Origin: Rhynchopus sp. YZ270_cl-10
Lineage: Eukaryota
Direction: 5' to 3'
Assembly: GCA_964035575.1 (NCBI GenBank)
Contig: OZ037845.1
Location: forward strand, 1,488,001-1,552,000
Length of the DNA: 64,000 nt
Shown here: positions 11,888 through 24,515 of the stretch, in pieces
Layout: every line of letters starts with the position of its first letter
Numbering within the stretch: position 1 is the first letter of the stretch
Position numbers and translations under genes: made by a program
The notes under the pieces: model-generated
Seen by the model: the letters and a program-made list of their open reading frames with translations, nothing else
Database searches by the model: none
Told to the model about the DNA's origin: nothing

Positions 11888-13532
11888 AGCTTTCTGCCGG
11901 CCGCAACAACGGTATCCAAACGAGAGACAGACGATGATAGCTGCAAGGTCACAGCGTGGTGACTACACAGGGACCATTAACTTTTGGTGGAAAAATGGAA
12001 CCCAAAGGCATTTGGCCGCAAATGCCGACCAAGTATTGCAGGTACTGATGAGTATGTCGTTGTGCCACTACTAGGCTGCCATTGGTTGGAAGACCGTTGA
12101 CGTGCTCATGAGTGTGATTGGGGGTTGGGGGAAACTGGGCTGGGGGGGTCTAAGGGTTAAGGGTAGCAAAGGTTCTTGGGATATGAGGGTTTATTCATCT
12201 GACCTTTTCATTGTTTTTCGATACTCCGTAAAGACCCCAGGTCGCAGCTGTGCTTCAAATAAGTTAGCATATGGGACAGGGTTCTCTTGCAAAGGACATC
12301 TCAGGGGAATGTGGTTGAGGTTTCAATTTGAAAATTTGAAATTTCTCTTTTATGGTGACTAAGCACAGAGAGGCTTCGGTTCATCTTACAATAAAAATAC
12401 ATTCTCTTTTATTTTCATAATGCACCACTGAAGGGGGAATGAGGGTGGGCGAAACAGCTGTTGTGCACACAGCTCTCTCGAGGCTCATCATGTCATATTT
12501 CTAACAATTTCTCAAAAACTACAAAAAATACATACTCGAAACTTGAAAAAGTGTCCAAAGGGATGTGTTCCCATCAGGATTTCGTTCTTTTTTTTCTCAA
12601 AAAAAACTGTTCGTTTTGTGTTTGCCTTCTTTTTTCACGGTTTCCTCATGATTATGAGTAATCTATGATTTGTTTTCGTGTTGATAGGGTGACCTTACCT
12701 TCTCAGTTTTTTAGCTTAATTCTGAGTCGATGATCGCTTGGGGGGGGGATATGGTGAGTGTGTTAATGTATGGATGTGGTCCGCTTAACGGGAATGAATA
12801 AAAAAATGCAGTTTCAGTATTGCAAAAAGAAGGAAAGTGTGCAAATCGGGGCACCTCTGGCAGCAATTTTAATTGGTTGTTCAAAACGGTGGTGCCTCGT
12901 TTGTTTTGTTTGCGTCTTTCAATGTTACCTTTCCTCCCTTTTATATCTGTAGGGTACGTATGGCTGCAATGCAGTCTTCACTGTGCATTCCTTCGTTTTT
13001 GTTGTTGAATTCATGTTTTTTTTTAAAGCCTGTTGGTTACCTGCAAGCCCCACCGAAGCTGCGTTGACCACATTATATGCCACTGCCTCTTTAACAAACC
13101 ATTCACGTTCACTCACTGCTTTTCTCACTCTTTGAGTAATGCTGGAGACAACAAGGCATGTTCAGTAGTGTTTCGTGTGTCGCTTTTTCATCAATTCACT
13201 GTATACACAGCTACTGTAAACAGCCATCTTGTGCCAGTGTGCACGTGCTGCTTGTCTCCACGCTGCTCAAAGCTTCTCAGTGTAAGCTAACAAACAAAAA
13301 GTTGATACTAAACCACGTGTTCCCACTCATCTTCGATTGCAGCACGTTACTTTAGCAATTCTTTATGAAATCACCAATAACGGTGTACGATGCTCAGTGT
13401 GGGGTACGTGCTCAACTCGGTCAGAACAAAAAAGAACTGTACCATGTTGGCATTCTTTCCTCCATCCCCTATACCCCAAGTACACAAAGCTCCATTACAC
13501 CATTCAGCGTATCATCAAGAACCAAACAAACC

Positions 13533-15360
13533 ATGGCTGAGGCAAAGCACGAGCCCCGTGACCACGACTCCTTCCAGGATGACACCCTCCCCGACGACGT
13601 CAAGGTTGTCCCGTCTTTCGACGAGATGCCCCTGCACACCAACCTTCTCCGTGGAATTTACTCCTACGGGTATGTAGTCTTTGCTTCACGTCTTTGCTTC
13701 CTTTCCTGTCACACAAGACTTTTGTAATCATTTCACCCCCACCACAGATTCGAGAAGCCGTCTGCCATCCAGCAGCGTGCGATCATCCCTTTCATCAAGG
13801 GAGGTGACCTGATCGCCCAGGCCCAGTCCGGAACCGGCAAGACCGGAGCCTTCACGATTGGTCTCCTCCAGCGCATGGACTGGACCAACCGTGCCTGCCA
13901 GGGACTTGTCCTCTCGCCCACCCGCGAGCTGGCCACCCAGACCGAGAGCGTGATCTCCTCCATTGGAGAGTACCTCTGTGACGGACCGTTCTGCCACACC
14001 TTCGTGGGTATGTTGCTTGTTTTGTGTTTTATTTTGCGTCTGTTGTTTTGTCTCGTTTGGGTCTGTGATGACATTGAATACACCGCAACGGTCTGACCTG
14101 CTTCTTTGCGATGCTTACAACCGTATTGACGTCCCCTTCATTGGGGGCAACTGAGATCCTCTCACCTGTGTGTTCCCTTTCAACTGTTTCCAGCGCGCCA
14201 TGTGTCCCCTTGCTTCCACATGAGGTACGGGTCAGATAGGATCGCAAGACACCCATCCACACAAAGCTTCACACCACGCAGTAATGATGATATTGTAAAT
14301 ACATCCGCAACGGTCTTGATGAGCCTGTTCGCAGGCGATGGTTAGAACTCTTTCTTCGTATTACACTGACACTCTTCACTCTGTCGTTTCCGTCATTTTT
14401 TTGTGTTTAGTTGTTTGTTTTTGTGACCTGACACTTTTGCACCCTTGTCTTTTCTCACCACAGGAGGAACCCGTGTGACTGACGATCTCGCCAAGCTCCA
14501 GAAGGGAGTTCTGGTGGCTGTCGGAACCCCCGGACGTGTGTTCGACGTTATCAAGCGTGGAGCCCTGAAGACCGACCACCTTAAGGTATGCAAGAAAGCC
14601 CGTTGACGACAACACCAACAACACAGCACACACACGACACACACACACACACAACACACAACACACACAGGTGCTCTGCCTTGACGAGGCTGACGAGATG
14701 CTTTCCCAGGGATTCTCCGAGCAGATCTACGAGATCTTCAAGTTCCTCCCCAAGGAGGTGCAGGTGTGCCTGTTCTCCGCCACCATGCCCCCGGAGGTGC
14801 TGGACCTGACCCAGAAGTTCATGCGTGAGCCCATCCGTATCCTTGTGAAGAAGGAGGCCCTGACCCTTGAGGGAATCAAGCAGTTCTACGTGGCTGTTGA
14901 GGAGGAGTACAAGCTCGAGACCCTCATGGACCTGTACGACTCCGTGTCGATTGCGCAGTCTGTGATCTTCTGCAACACCCGCCGGAAGGTCGACTGGCTG
15001 TCCGAGAAGATGAACGACAAGGAGTTCACCGTGTCGTTCATGCACGCGGACATGCAGAAGGGAGAGCGTGAAAAGGTGATGAAGGTGTTCCGCTCTGGAT
15101 CGTCGCGTGTGCTGATCTCGACCGATCTGCTTGCCCGTGGTATCGACGTGCAGCACGTTTCCATCGTGATCAACTTCGACCTTCCCGCCAACAGAGAGAA
15201 CTACCTTCACCGTATCGGTCGTTCCGGACGTTACGGACGTAAGGGTGTTGCCATCAACTTCGTCAACACCAAGGACGTCCCTCTGCTCAAGGAGCTCCAG
15301 GAGTTCTACAACACCACCATCGAGGAGCTCCCCATGGACTTCGCCTCCCACCTGGAGTAG
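13533..15360 (+). CDS. eIF4A: eIF4A DEAD-box helicase copy F1 (402 aa); exons 13533-13669, 13748-14007, 14464-14585, 14671-15360
   Basis: The spliced frame restores [43 protein letters not shown] and HRIGRSGR; all introns are GTATG...CAG. Confidence 0.97.
14059..14159 (+). ncRNA. Candidate intronic box C/D snoRNA 1 (also in intron 2 of F2-F5)
   Basis: C box GTGATGA 14065-71, D' CTGA 14093-96, C'-like GCGATGC, D box CTGA 14151-54, terminal stem GGGTC/GATCC. The F4 variant keeps the consensus as ATGATGA. Confidence 0.75.
14190..14275 (+). ncRNA. Possible structured small RNA between the two C/D candidates (H/ACA- or AGA-box-like, unresolved)
   Basis: CATGTG/CACATG stem and GGGT/ACCC stem; copied verbatim with snoRNA 2 at 42849 and 43068. 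Box spacing is not convincing. Confidence 0.35.
14280..14373 (+). ncRNA. Candidate intronic box C/D snoRNA 2 (paralog of snoRNA 1)
   Basis: C box ATGATGA 14284-90, D'-like TTGA 14316-19, C'-like GCGATGG, D box CTGA 14366-69; shares CCGCAACGGTC with snoRNA 1. Confidence 0.75.
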
Positions 15361-15719
15361 AACTGCGGTTGCAGTTCGATGAGCACCCCGCTTGCCATCC
15401 CTTAACCCCTGTCGTTTGGTTTTTTTGTTTCCTCTTTTTTTATTTCTCTGCTTGAATGAGTATCACCATCAAAGAACAACTACCTAGTGAGTGACCTGCT
15501 GCTCCCCCCTGCTTGTCACTTACGTATGTTACGCACCCCGTTTGTGAGTGTCGTTGCCGTCTTCATTGCATCCTCTTCGTGGTAGCGGTGCATGGAACGG
15601 CACAGTACAGTCAGAAAAGATTAACCTCCAACCCCCAATTTTTTGTTCACCTTGTCTCCCCAACTCCAGCATTCACAACCATTTCACACCAGAGCCAACC
15701 AAGTTATCAAAAAGTAATT

Positions 15720-16286
15720 ATGTCTGAGGCAAAGCACGAGCCCCGTGACCACGACTCCTTCCAGTATGACACCCTCCCCGACGTAAATCTTGATGGAATC
15801 AAGCAGTTCTACGTGGATGTTGAGAAGGAGGAGTACAAGCTCGAGACCCTCATGGACCTGTACGACTCCGTGTCGATTGCGCAGTCTGTGATCTTCTGCA
15901 ACACCCGCCGGAAGGTCGACTGGCTGTCCGAGAAGATGAAGGAACGGGAGTTCACCGTGTCCTTCATGCACGCGGACATGCAGAAGGGAGAGCGTGAAGA
16001 TGTGATGAAGGTGTTCCGCTCCGGATCGTCGCGTGTGCTGATCTCCACCGATATGCTTGTCCGTGCTATTGACGTGAAGCAAGTTTCAATCGTGATCAAC
16101 TTCGACCTTCCCGCGATCAGAGAGGACTACCTTCACCGTATCGGTCGTTCCGGACATTACGGACGTAAGGGTGTTGCCATCAACTTTGTGACCACGAAGG
16201 ACGTCCCGCTTCTCAAGGAGCTCCGCGAGTTCTACAACACCACCATCGAGGAGCTCCCAATGGACTTCGCCTCCCACCTGGAGTAG
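15720..16286 (+). CDS. Truncated eIF4A paralog T1: N-terminal peptide fused in frame to the C-terminal RecA domain (188 aa)
   Basis: [21 protein letters not shown] joined to LDGIKQFYV...[11 protein letters not shown]; no introns or internal stops. Confidence 0.75.
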   Translation: MSEAKHEPRDHDSFQYDTLPDVNLDGIKQFYVDVEKEEYKLETLMDLYDSVSIAQSVIFCNTRRKVDWLSEKMKEREFTVSFMHADMQKGEREDVMKVFRSGSSRVLISTDMLVRAIDVKQVSIVINFDLPAIREDYLHRIGRSGHYGRKGVAINFVTTKDVPLLKELREFYNTTIEELPMDFASHLE

Positions 16287-17162
16287 TAATCTAAGCAAAC
16301 GGCCACACTACGTGTTGTCAGGCTTCGTATCATCAGCGTATCCACATCTGCCACTAAGCTGACGAAGTCACAACATCCACACCTCCGGGAGGGTTGAACA
16401 CATCTTGATCCTTACGTGTCGCAAGGACGTCAAGGACAAGTGGAACACGCACCGGTGCTCATTGTATTGTCTCTGGACAGCCATTTTATCATGATAGAAC
16501 ATCGGTATTCGGAGAGGTACGCAGGTCCCTGTGTGCACCCCTTAAAAACCTCGGGGAAAACCCCCAAGTACTTTTACTCCTGACCGGAAAAGGTCGGCTG
16601 TGGTTGATCTCACAACCCTTTTTCTTGTTCTTTTCCCCTCGCCATTATCTAGCACAAGGCGCAGCAATAATTTTATGCCGTTTACAAAAGATACGCTATT
16701 GTGCTGCCCCCCTCATGGGCTTCGTTGTTCACGTGGTCTTATGAGAGGCACAGAGCGGCAACACTCTCCCTCTTGCCTTCACTCGTGACTTATAGTCACT
16801 CGGGTTGAAACACCAACTCGGGTGACATATTCACATTCCCCATCCCTTGGTTACCCGATATTAAAAAAGAAGTCTGTGTTCATTCGAGACGTGGTCGATT
16901 TTTTTTTTCTTTGCTTTTTGTTTTTTGCATTTTTTTTTTTTTACTTGAAGTGGTTTCTTAATTGTTGAAAAGCCAGACAACATCACTTGTGTGTCGTTGC
17001 CGTCTTCATTGCATCCTCTTCGTGGTAGCGGTGCATGGAACGGCACAGTACAGTCAGAAAAGATTAACCTGCAACCCTCATTTTTTTGTTCACCTTGTCT
17101 CCCCAACTCCAGTATTCACAACCACTTCACACCAGAGCCAACCAAGTTATCAAAAAGTAATT

Positions 17163-17738
17163 ATGTCTGAGGCAAAGCACGAGCCCCGTGACCACGACTC
17201 CTTCCAGGATGACACCCTCCCCCACGACGTGAGCCTAAATCTGGATCGAGTCAAGCAGTTCTACGTGGATGTTGAGAAGGAGGAGTACAAGCTCGAGACC
17301 CTCATGGACCTGTACGACTCCGTGTCGATTCCGCAGTCCGTGATCTTCTGCAACACCCGCCGGAAAGCCGAGTGGCTGTCCGAGAAGATGAACGACAAGG
17401 AGTTCAGCGTGTCGTTCATGCACGCGGACATGCAGAAGGGAGAGCGTGAAGATGTGATGAAGGCTTTCCGCTCCGGATCGTCACGTGTGCTGATCTCGAC
17501 TGATATGCCTCTCCGTGGTATGGACATGCCGTGCGTTTCCATCGTGATCAATTACGACCTGTCCGCCAACAGAGAGAACTACCTTCACCGTATCGGTCGT
17601 TACGGACGTTACGGACGTAAGAGTTTTGCCATCAACTTTGTCACCACGGAGGACATCCCGCTGCTCAAGGAGCTCCGTGAGTTCTACAACACCACCATCG
17701 AGGAGCTCCCCATGGACTTTGCCTCCGATCTGGAGTAG
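17163..17738 (+). CDS. Truncated eIF4A paralog T2 (CTD only, 191 aa)
   Basis: [35 protein letters not shown]...; motif V region MPLRGMD, motif [10 protein letters not shown]. Confidence 0.75.
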   Translation: MSEAKHEPRDHDSFQDDTLPHDVSLNLDRVKQFYVDVEKEEYKLETLMDLYDSVSIPQSVIFCNTRRKAEWLSEKMNDKEFSVSFMHADMQKGEREDVMKAFRSGSSRVLISTDMPLRGMDMPCVSIVINYDLSANRENYLHRIGRYGRYGRKSFAINFVTTEDIPLLKELREFYNTTIEELPMDFASDLE

Positions 17739-18641
17739 TAATCTAAGCAAACGGCCACACTACGTGTTGTCAGGCTTCGTATCATCAGCGTATCCACATC
17801 TGCCGCTAAGCTGACGAAGTCACAACATCCACACCTCCGGGAGGGTTGAACACATCTTGATCCTTACGTGTCGCAAGGACGTCAAGGACAAGTGGAACAC
17901 GCACCGGTGCTCATTGTATTGTCTCTGGACAGCCATTATGGTAAACCGGTATTCGGAGAGGTACGCAGGTCCCTATGTGCACTCCTTAAAAACCTCGGGG
18001 GAAAACCCCGAAGTACTTTTACTCCTCACGGAAAAGGTCGGCTGTGGTTGATCTCACAACCCTTTTTCTTGTTCTTTTCCCCTCGCCATTTTCTAGCACA
18101 AGGCGCAGCATTGTTGTTATTGAGTTTACAAAAGATACGCTATTCTGCTGTCTCCCTCATGGGCTTCGTTGTTCACGTGCTCTTATGAGAGGCACATAGC
18201 GGCAACACTCTCCCTCTTGCCTTCACTCGTGAAGTAAAGTCACTCGGGTTGAAACACCAACTCGGGTGACATATTCACATTCCCCATCCCTTGGTTACCC
18301 GATGTTAAAAAAGAAGTCTGTGTTCATTCCAGACCTGGTCGTTTTTGTTTTGTTTTTGTTTTCATACTTCATAGCCCGCCTGAGTCTATCTTTGCTGGTT
18401 TCCAATAACACTTTAGTGTTGAGGGAAATCGATACAACATGAAAAGAAACAGCAGAACTCTTGATTCGAGTGTCGTTGCCGTCTTCATTGCATCCTCTTC
18501 GTGGTAGCGGTGCATGGAACGGCACAGTACAGTCAGAAAAGATTAACCTCCAACCCTCATTTTTTTGTTCACCTTGTCTCCCCAACTCCAGCATTCACAA
18601 CCATTTCACACCAGAGCCAACCAAGTTATCAAAAAGTAATT

Positions 18642-19172
18642 ATGTCTGAGGCAAAGCACGAGGAGGCCCTGACCCTTGATGGAATAAAGCAGTTCTACGT
18701 GCATGTTGAGGAGGAGTACAAGCTCGAGACCCTCATGGACCTGTACGACTCTGTGTCGATTGCGCAGTCCGTGATCTTCTGCAACACCCGCCGGAAGGTC
18801 GAGTGGTTGTCCGAGAAGATGAAGGAACAGGAGTTCACCTTGTCCTTCATGCACGCAGACATGCAGAAGGGAGAGCGTGAAGATGTGATGAAGGCTTTCC
18901 GCTCTGGATCGTCACGTGTGCTGATCTCGACTGATATGCCTCTCCGTGGTATCAACATGCCGCATTTCGTTTCTATCGTGATCAATTACGACCTGTCCGC
19001 CATCAAAGAGGACTACCTTCACCGTATCGGTCGTTCCGGATGTTACGGACGTAAGGGTGTTGCCATCAACTTCGTCAACACCAAGGACGTCCCGCTGCTC
19101 AAGGAGCTCCGCGAGTTCTACAACACCACCATCGAGGAGCTCCCCATGGACTTCCCCGCCAACCTGTACTAG
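18642..19172 (+). CDS. Truncated eIF4A paralog T3 (CTD only, 176 aa)
   Basis: MSEAKHE joined to [13 protein letters not shown]; open frame; motif [10 protein letters not shown]. Confidence 0.75.
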   Translation: MSEAKHEEALTLDGIKQFYVHVEEEYKLETLMDLYDSVSIAQSVIFCNTRRKVEWLSEKMKEQEFTLSFMHADMQKGEREDVMKAFRSGSSRVLISTDMPLRGINMPHFVSIVINYDLSAIKEDYLHRIGRSGCYGRKGVAINFVNTKDVPLLKELREFYNTTIEELPMDFPANLY

Positions 19173-20069
19173 TAATCTAAGCAAACGTCCACACTACGTG
19201 TTGTCAGGCTTCGTATCATCAGCGTATCCACATCTGCCACTAAGCTGACGAAGTCACAACATCCACACCTCCGGGAGGGTTGAACACATCTTGATCCTTA
19301 CGTGTCGCAAGGACGTCAAGGACAAGTGGAACACGCACCGGTGCTCATTGTATCGTCTCTGGACAGCCATTTTCCCGGTGATGGTAAACCGGTATTTGGA
19401 GAGGTACGCAGGTCCCTGTGTGCACCCCTTAAAAACCTCGGCGAAAACCCACTTACTCCTGACCGGAAAAGGTCGGCTGTGGTTGATCTCACAACCCTTT
19501 TTCTTGTTCTTTTCCCCTCGCCATTTTCTAGCACAAGGCGCAGCATTGTTGTTATTGTGTTTACAAAAGATACGCTATTGTGCTGTCCCCCTCATGGGCT
19601 TCGTTGTTCACGTGGTCTTATGAGAGGCACACAGCGGCAACACTCTCCCTCTTGCCTTCACTCGTGAATTAAAGTCACTCGGCTTGAAACACCAACTCGG
19701 GTGACATATTCACATTCCCCATCCCTTGGTTACCCGATGTTAAAAAAGAAGTCTGTGTTCATTCCAGACCTGGTGTTTTTGTGTTCTTTTCATACTTCGT
19801 AGCCCGCCTGAGTCTATCTTTGCTGGTTTCCAATAACACTTTAGTGTTGGGGGAAATCGATACAACAAGAAAAGAAACAGCAGAACTCTTGATTCGAGTG
19901 TCGTTGCCGTCTTCATTGCATCCTCTTCGTGGTAGCGGTGCATGGAACGGCACAGTACAGTCAGAAAAGATTAACCTCCAACCCCCAATTTTTTGTTCAC
20001 CTTGTCTCCCCAACTCCAGTATTCACAACCACTTCACACCAGAGCCAACCAAGTTATCAAAAAGTAATT

Positions 20070-20591
20070 ATGTCTGAGGCAAAGCACGAGGAGGCCCTGA
20101 CCCTTGATGGAATAAAGCAGTTCTACGTGCATGTTGAGGAGGAGTACAAGTTCGAGACCCTCATGGACGTGTACGACTACGTATCGATTCCTCAGTCCGT
20201 GATCTTCTGCAACACCCGCCGGAAGGTCGACTGGCTGTCCGAGAAGATGAACGACAAGGAGTTCACTGTGTCGTTCATGCACGCGAAGGGAGAGCGTGAA
20301 GATGTGATGAAGGCTTTCCGCTCTGGATCGTCACGTGTGCTGATCTCGACTGATATGCCTCTCCGTGGTATCGACATGCCGCATTTCGTTTCTATCGTGA
20401 TCAATTACGACCTGTCCGCCATCAGAGAGGACTACCTTCACCGTATCGGTCGTTCCGGATGTTACGGACGTAAGGGTGTTGCCATCAACTTCGTCACCAC
20501 GGAGGACGTCCCTCTGCTCAAGGAGCTCCAGGAGTTCTACAACACCACCATCGAGGACCTCCCCATGGACTTCGACTCCCACTTGGAGTAG
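20070..20591 (+). CDS. Truncated eIF4A paralog T4 (CTD only, 173 aa)
   Basis: Same junction as T3; in-frame loss of DMQ; open frame. Confidence 0.72.
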   Translation: MSEAKHEEALTLDGIKQFYVHVEEEYKFETLMDVYDYVSIPQSVIFCNTRRKVDWLSEKMNDKEFTVSFMHAKGEREDVMKAFRSGSSRVLISTDMPLRGIDMPHFVSIVINYDLSAIREDYLHRIGRSGCYGRKGVAINFVTTEDVPLLKELQEFYNTTIEDLPMDFDSHLE

Positions 20592-21378
20592 TAATCTAAG
20601 CAAACGGCCACACTACGTGTTGTCAGGCTTCGTATCATCAGCGTATCCACATCTGCCGCTAAGCTGACGAAGGCACAACATCCACACCTCCGGGAGGGTT
20701 GAACACATCTTGATCCTTACGTGCCACAAGGACGTCAAGGACAAGTGGAACTTTTACTCCTGACCGGAAAAGGTCGGCTGTGGTTGCTCTCACAACCCTT
20801 TTTCTTGTTCTTCCCCCGCCATTATCTAGCACAAGGCGCAGCATTGTTGTTATTGAGTTTACAAAAGATACGCTATTCTGCTGTCCCCCTCATGGGCTTC
20901 GTTGTTCACGTGCTCTTATGAGAGGCACATAGCGGCAACACTCTCCCTCTTGCCTTCACTCGTGAATTAAAGTCACTCGGGTTGAAACACCAACTCGGGT
21001 GACATATTCACATTCCCCATCCCTTGGTTACCCGATGTTAAAAAAGAAGTCTGTGTTCATTCGAGACGTGGTCGATTATTTGCTTTTTGTGTTTCTTTTC
21101 ATCCGTCGTAGCCCGCCTGAGTCTATCTTTGCTGGTTTCCAATAACACTTTAGTGTTGGGGGGAATACACATAACAAGAAAAGAAACAGCAGAACTCTTG
21201 ATTCGAGTGTCGTTGCCGTCTTCATTGCATCCTCTTCGTGGTAGCGGTGCATGGAACGGCACAGTACAGTCAGAAAAGATTAACCTCCAACCCCCAATTT
21301 TTTGTTCACCTTGTCTCCCCAACTCCAGTATTCACAACCACTTCACACCAGAGCCAACCAAGTTATCAAAAAGTAATT

Positions 21379-21900
21379 ATGTCTGAGGCAAAGCACGAGG
21401 AGGCCCTGACCCTTGATGGAATAAAGCAGTTCTACGTGCATGTTGAGGAGGAGTACAAGTTCGAGACCCTCATGGACGTGTACGACTACGTATCGATTCC
21501 TCAGTCCGTGATCTTCTGCAACACCCGCCGGAAGGTCGACTGGCTGTCCGAGAAGATGAACGACAAGGAGTTCACTGTGTCGTTCATGCACGCGAAGGGA
21601 GAGCGTGAAGATGTGATGAAGGCTTTCCGCTCTGGATCGTCACGTGTGCTGATCTCGACTGATATGCCTCTCCGTGGTATCGACATGCCGCATTTCGTTT
21701 CTATCGTGATCAATTACGACCTGTCCGCCATCAGAGAGGACTACCTTCACCGTATCGGTCGTTCCGGATGTTACGGACGTAAGGGTGTTGCCATCAACTT
21801 CGTCACCACGGAGGACGTCCCTCTGCTCAAGGAGCTCCAGGAGTTCTACAACACCACCATCGAGGACCTCCCCATGGACTTCGACTCCCACTTGGAGTAG
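21379..21900 (+). CDS. Truncated eIF4A paralog T5 (same protein as T4)
   Basis: Tandem duplicate of the T4 unit, period 1309 bp. Confidence 0.72.
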   Translation: MSEAKHEEALTLDGIKQFYVHVEEEYKFETLMDVYDYVSIPQSVIFCNTRRKVDWLSEKMNDKEFTVSFMHAKGEREDVMKAFRSGSSRVLISTDMPLRGIDMPHFVSIVINYDLSAIREDYLHRIGRSGCYGRKGVAINFVTTEDVPLLKELQEFYNTTIEDLPMDFDSHLE

Positions 21901-22687
21901 TAATCTAAGCAAACGGCCACACTACGTGTTGTCAGGCTTCGTATCATCAGCGTATCCACATCTGCCGCTAAGCTGACGAAGGCACAACATCCACACCTCC
22001 GGGAGGGTTGAACACATCTTGATCCTTACGTGCCACAAGGACGTCAAGGACAAGTGGAACTTTTACTCCTGACCGGAAAAGGTCGGCTGTGGTTGCTCTC
22101 ACAACCCTTTTTCTTGTTCTTCCCCCGCCATTATCTAGCACAAGGCGCAGCATTGTTGTTATTGAGTTTACAAAAGATACGCTATTCTGCTGTCCCCCTC
22201 ATGGGCTTCGTTGTTCACGTGCTCTTATGAGAGGCACATAGCGGCAACACTCTCCCTCTTGCCTTCACTCGTGAATTAAAGTCACTCGGGTTGAAACACC
22301 AACTCGGGTGACATATTCACATTCCCCATCCCTTGGTTACCCGATGTTAAAAAAGAAGTCTGTGTTCATTCGAGACGTGGTCGATTATTTGCTTTTTGTG
22401 TTTCTTTTCATCCGTCGTAGCCCGCCTGAGTCTATCTTTGCTGGTTTCCAATAACACTTTAGTGTTGGGGGGAATACACATAACAAGAAAAGACGCAGCA
22501 GAACTCTTGATTCGAGTGTCGTTGCCGTCTTCATTGCATCCTCTTCGTGGTAGCGGTGCATGGAACGGCACAGCACAGTCAGAAAAGATTAACCACCAAC
22601 CCTCATTTTTTTGTTCACCTTGTCTCCCCAACTCCAGTATTCACAACCACTTCACACCAGAGCCAACCAAGTTATCAAAAAGTAATT

Positions 22688-24515
22688 ATGTCTGAGGCAA
22701 AGCACGAGCCCCGTGACCACGACTCCTTCCAGGATGACACCCTCCCCGACGACGTCAAGGTTGTCCCGTCTTTCGACGAGATGCCCCTGCACACCAACCT
22801 TCTCCGTGGAATTTACTCCTACGGGTATGTAGTCTTTGCTTCACGTCTTTGCTTCCTTTCCTGTCACACAAGACTTTTGTAATCATTTCACCCCCACCAC
22901 AGATTCGAGAAGCCGTCTGCCATCCAGCAGCGTGCGATCATCCCTTTCATCAAGGGAGGTGACCTGATCGCCCAGGCCCAGTCCGGAACCGGCAAGACCG
23001 GAGCCTTCACGATTGGTCTCCTCCAGCGCATGGACTGGACCAACCGTGCCTGCCAGGGACTTGTCCTCTCGCCCACCCGCGAGCTGGCCACCCAGACCGA
23101 GAGCGTGATCTCCTCCATTGGAGAGTACCTCTGTGACGGACCGTTCTGCCACACCTTCGTGGGTATGTTGCTTGTTTTGTGTTTTATTTTGCGTCTGTTG
23201 TTTTGTCTCGTTTGGGTCTGTGATGACATTGAATACACCGCAACGGTCTGACCTGCTTCTTTGCGATGCTTACAACCGTATTGACGTCCCCTTCATTGGG
23301 GGCAACTGAGATCCTCTCACCTGTGTGTTCCCTTTCAACTGTTTCCAGCGCGCCATGTGTCCCCTTGCTTCCACATGAGGTACGGGTCAGATAGGATCGC
23401 AAGACACCCATCCACACAAAGCTTCACACCACGCAGTAATGATGATATTGTAAATACATCCGCAACGGTCTTGATGAGCCTGTTCGCAGGCGATGGTTAG
23501 AACTCTTTCTTCGTATTACACTGACACTCTTCACTCTGTCGTTTCCGTCATTTTTTTGTGTTTAGTTGTTTGTTTTTGTGACCTGACACTTTTGCACCCT
23601 TGTCTTTTCTCACCACAGGAGGAACCCGTGTGACTGACGATCTCGCCAAGCTCCAGAAGGGAGTTCTGGTGGCTGTCGGAACCCCCGGACGTGTGTTCGA
23701 CGTTATCAAGCGTGGAGCCCTGAAGACCGACCACCTTAAGGTATGCAAGAAAGCCCGTTGACGACAACACCAACAACACAGCACACACACGACACACACA
23801 CACACACAACACACAACACACACAGGTGCTCTGCCTTGACGAGGCTGACGAGATGCTTTCCCAGGGATTCTCCGAGCAGATCTACGAGATCTTCAAGTTC
23901 CTCCCCAAGGAGGTGCAGGTGTGCCTGTTCTCCGCCACCATGCCCCCGGAGGTGCTGGACCTGACCCAGAAGTTCATGCGTGAGCCCATCCGTATCCTTG
24001 TGAAGAAGGAGGCCCTGACCCTTGAGGGAATCAAGCAGTTCTACGTGGCTGTTGAGGAGGAGTACAAGCTCGAGACCCTCATGGACCTGTACGACTCCGT
24101 GTCGATTGCGCAGTCTGTGATCTTCTGCAACACCCGCCGGAAGGTCGACTGGCTGTCCGAGAAGATGAACGACAAGGAGTTCACCGTGTCGTTCATGCAC
24201 GCGGACATGCAGAAGGGAGAGCGTGAAAAGGTGATGAAGGTGTTCCGCTCTGGATCGTCGCGTGTGCTGATCTCGACCGATCTGCTTGCCCGTGGTATCG
24301 ACGTGCAGCACGTTTCCATCGTGATCAACTTCGACCTTCCCGCCAACAGAGAGAACTACCTTCACCGTATCGGTCGTTCCGGACGTTACGGACGTAAGGG
24401 TGTTGCCATCAACTTCGTCAACACCAAGGACGTCCCTCTGCTCAAGGAGCTCCAGGAGTTCTACAACACCACCATCGAGGAGCTCCCCATGGACTTCGCC
24501 TCCCACCTGGAGTAG
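22688..24515 (+). CDS. eIF4A: eIF4A copy F2; introns 22825-22902, 23163-23618, 23741-23825
   Basis: Same exon/intron lengths as F1 at offset 9155; starts MSEAK rather than MAEAK. Confidence 0.96.

Noticed and set aside
14085..14096. Assigning the snoRNA guide to the LSU GACCGUCGUGAG or SSU ACCGUCGUAG motifs
   Set aside because: Pairing to the consensus I recall has mismatches; this organism's rRNA is needed.
15513..15719. Upstream extensions such as MVAVHGTAQ... on the eIF4A-related ORFs
   Set aside because: Non-ATG starts in the shared spacer; the homologous start is MSEAK/MAEAK.
16287..16620. Spacer frames such as ILTCRKDVKDKWNTHRC after the truncated copies
   Set aside because: Stops and indels differ between copies and no family is recognisable; at most a decayed fragment.
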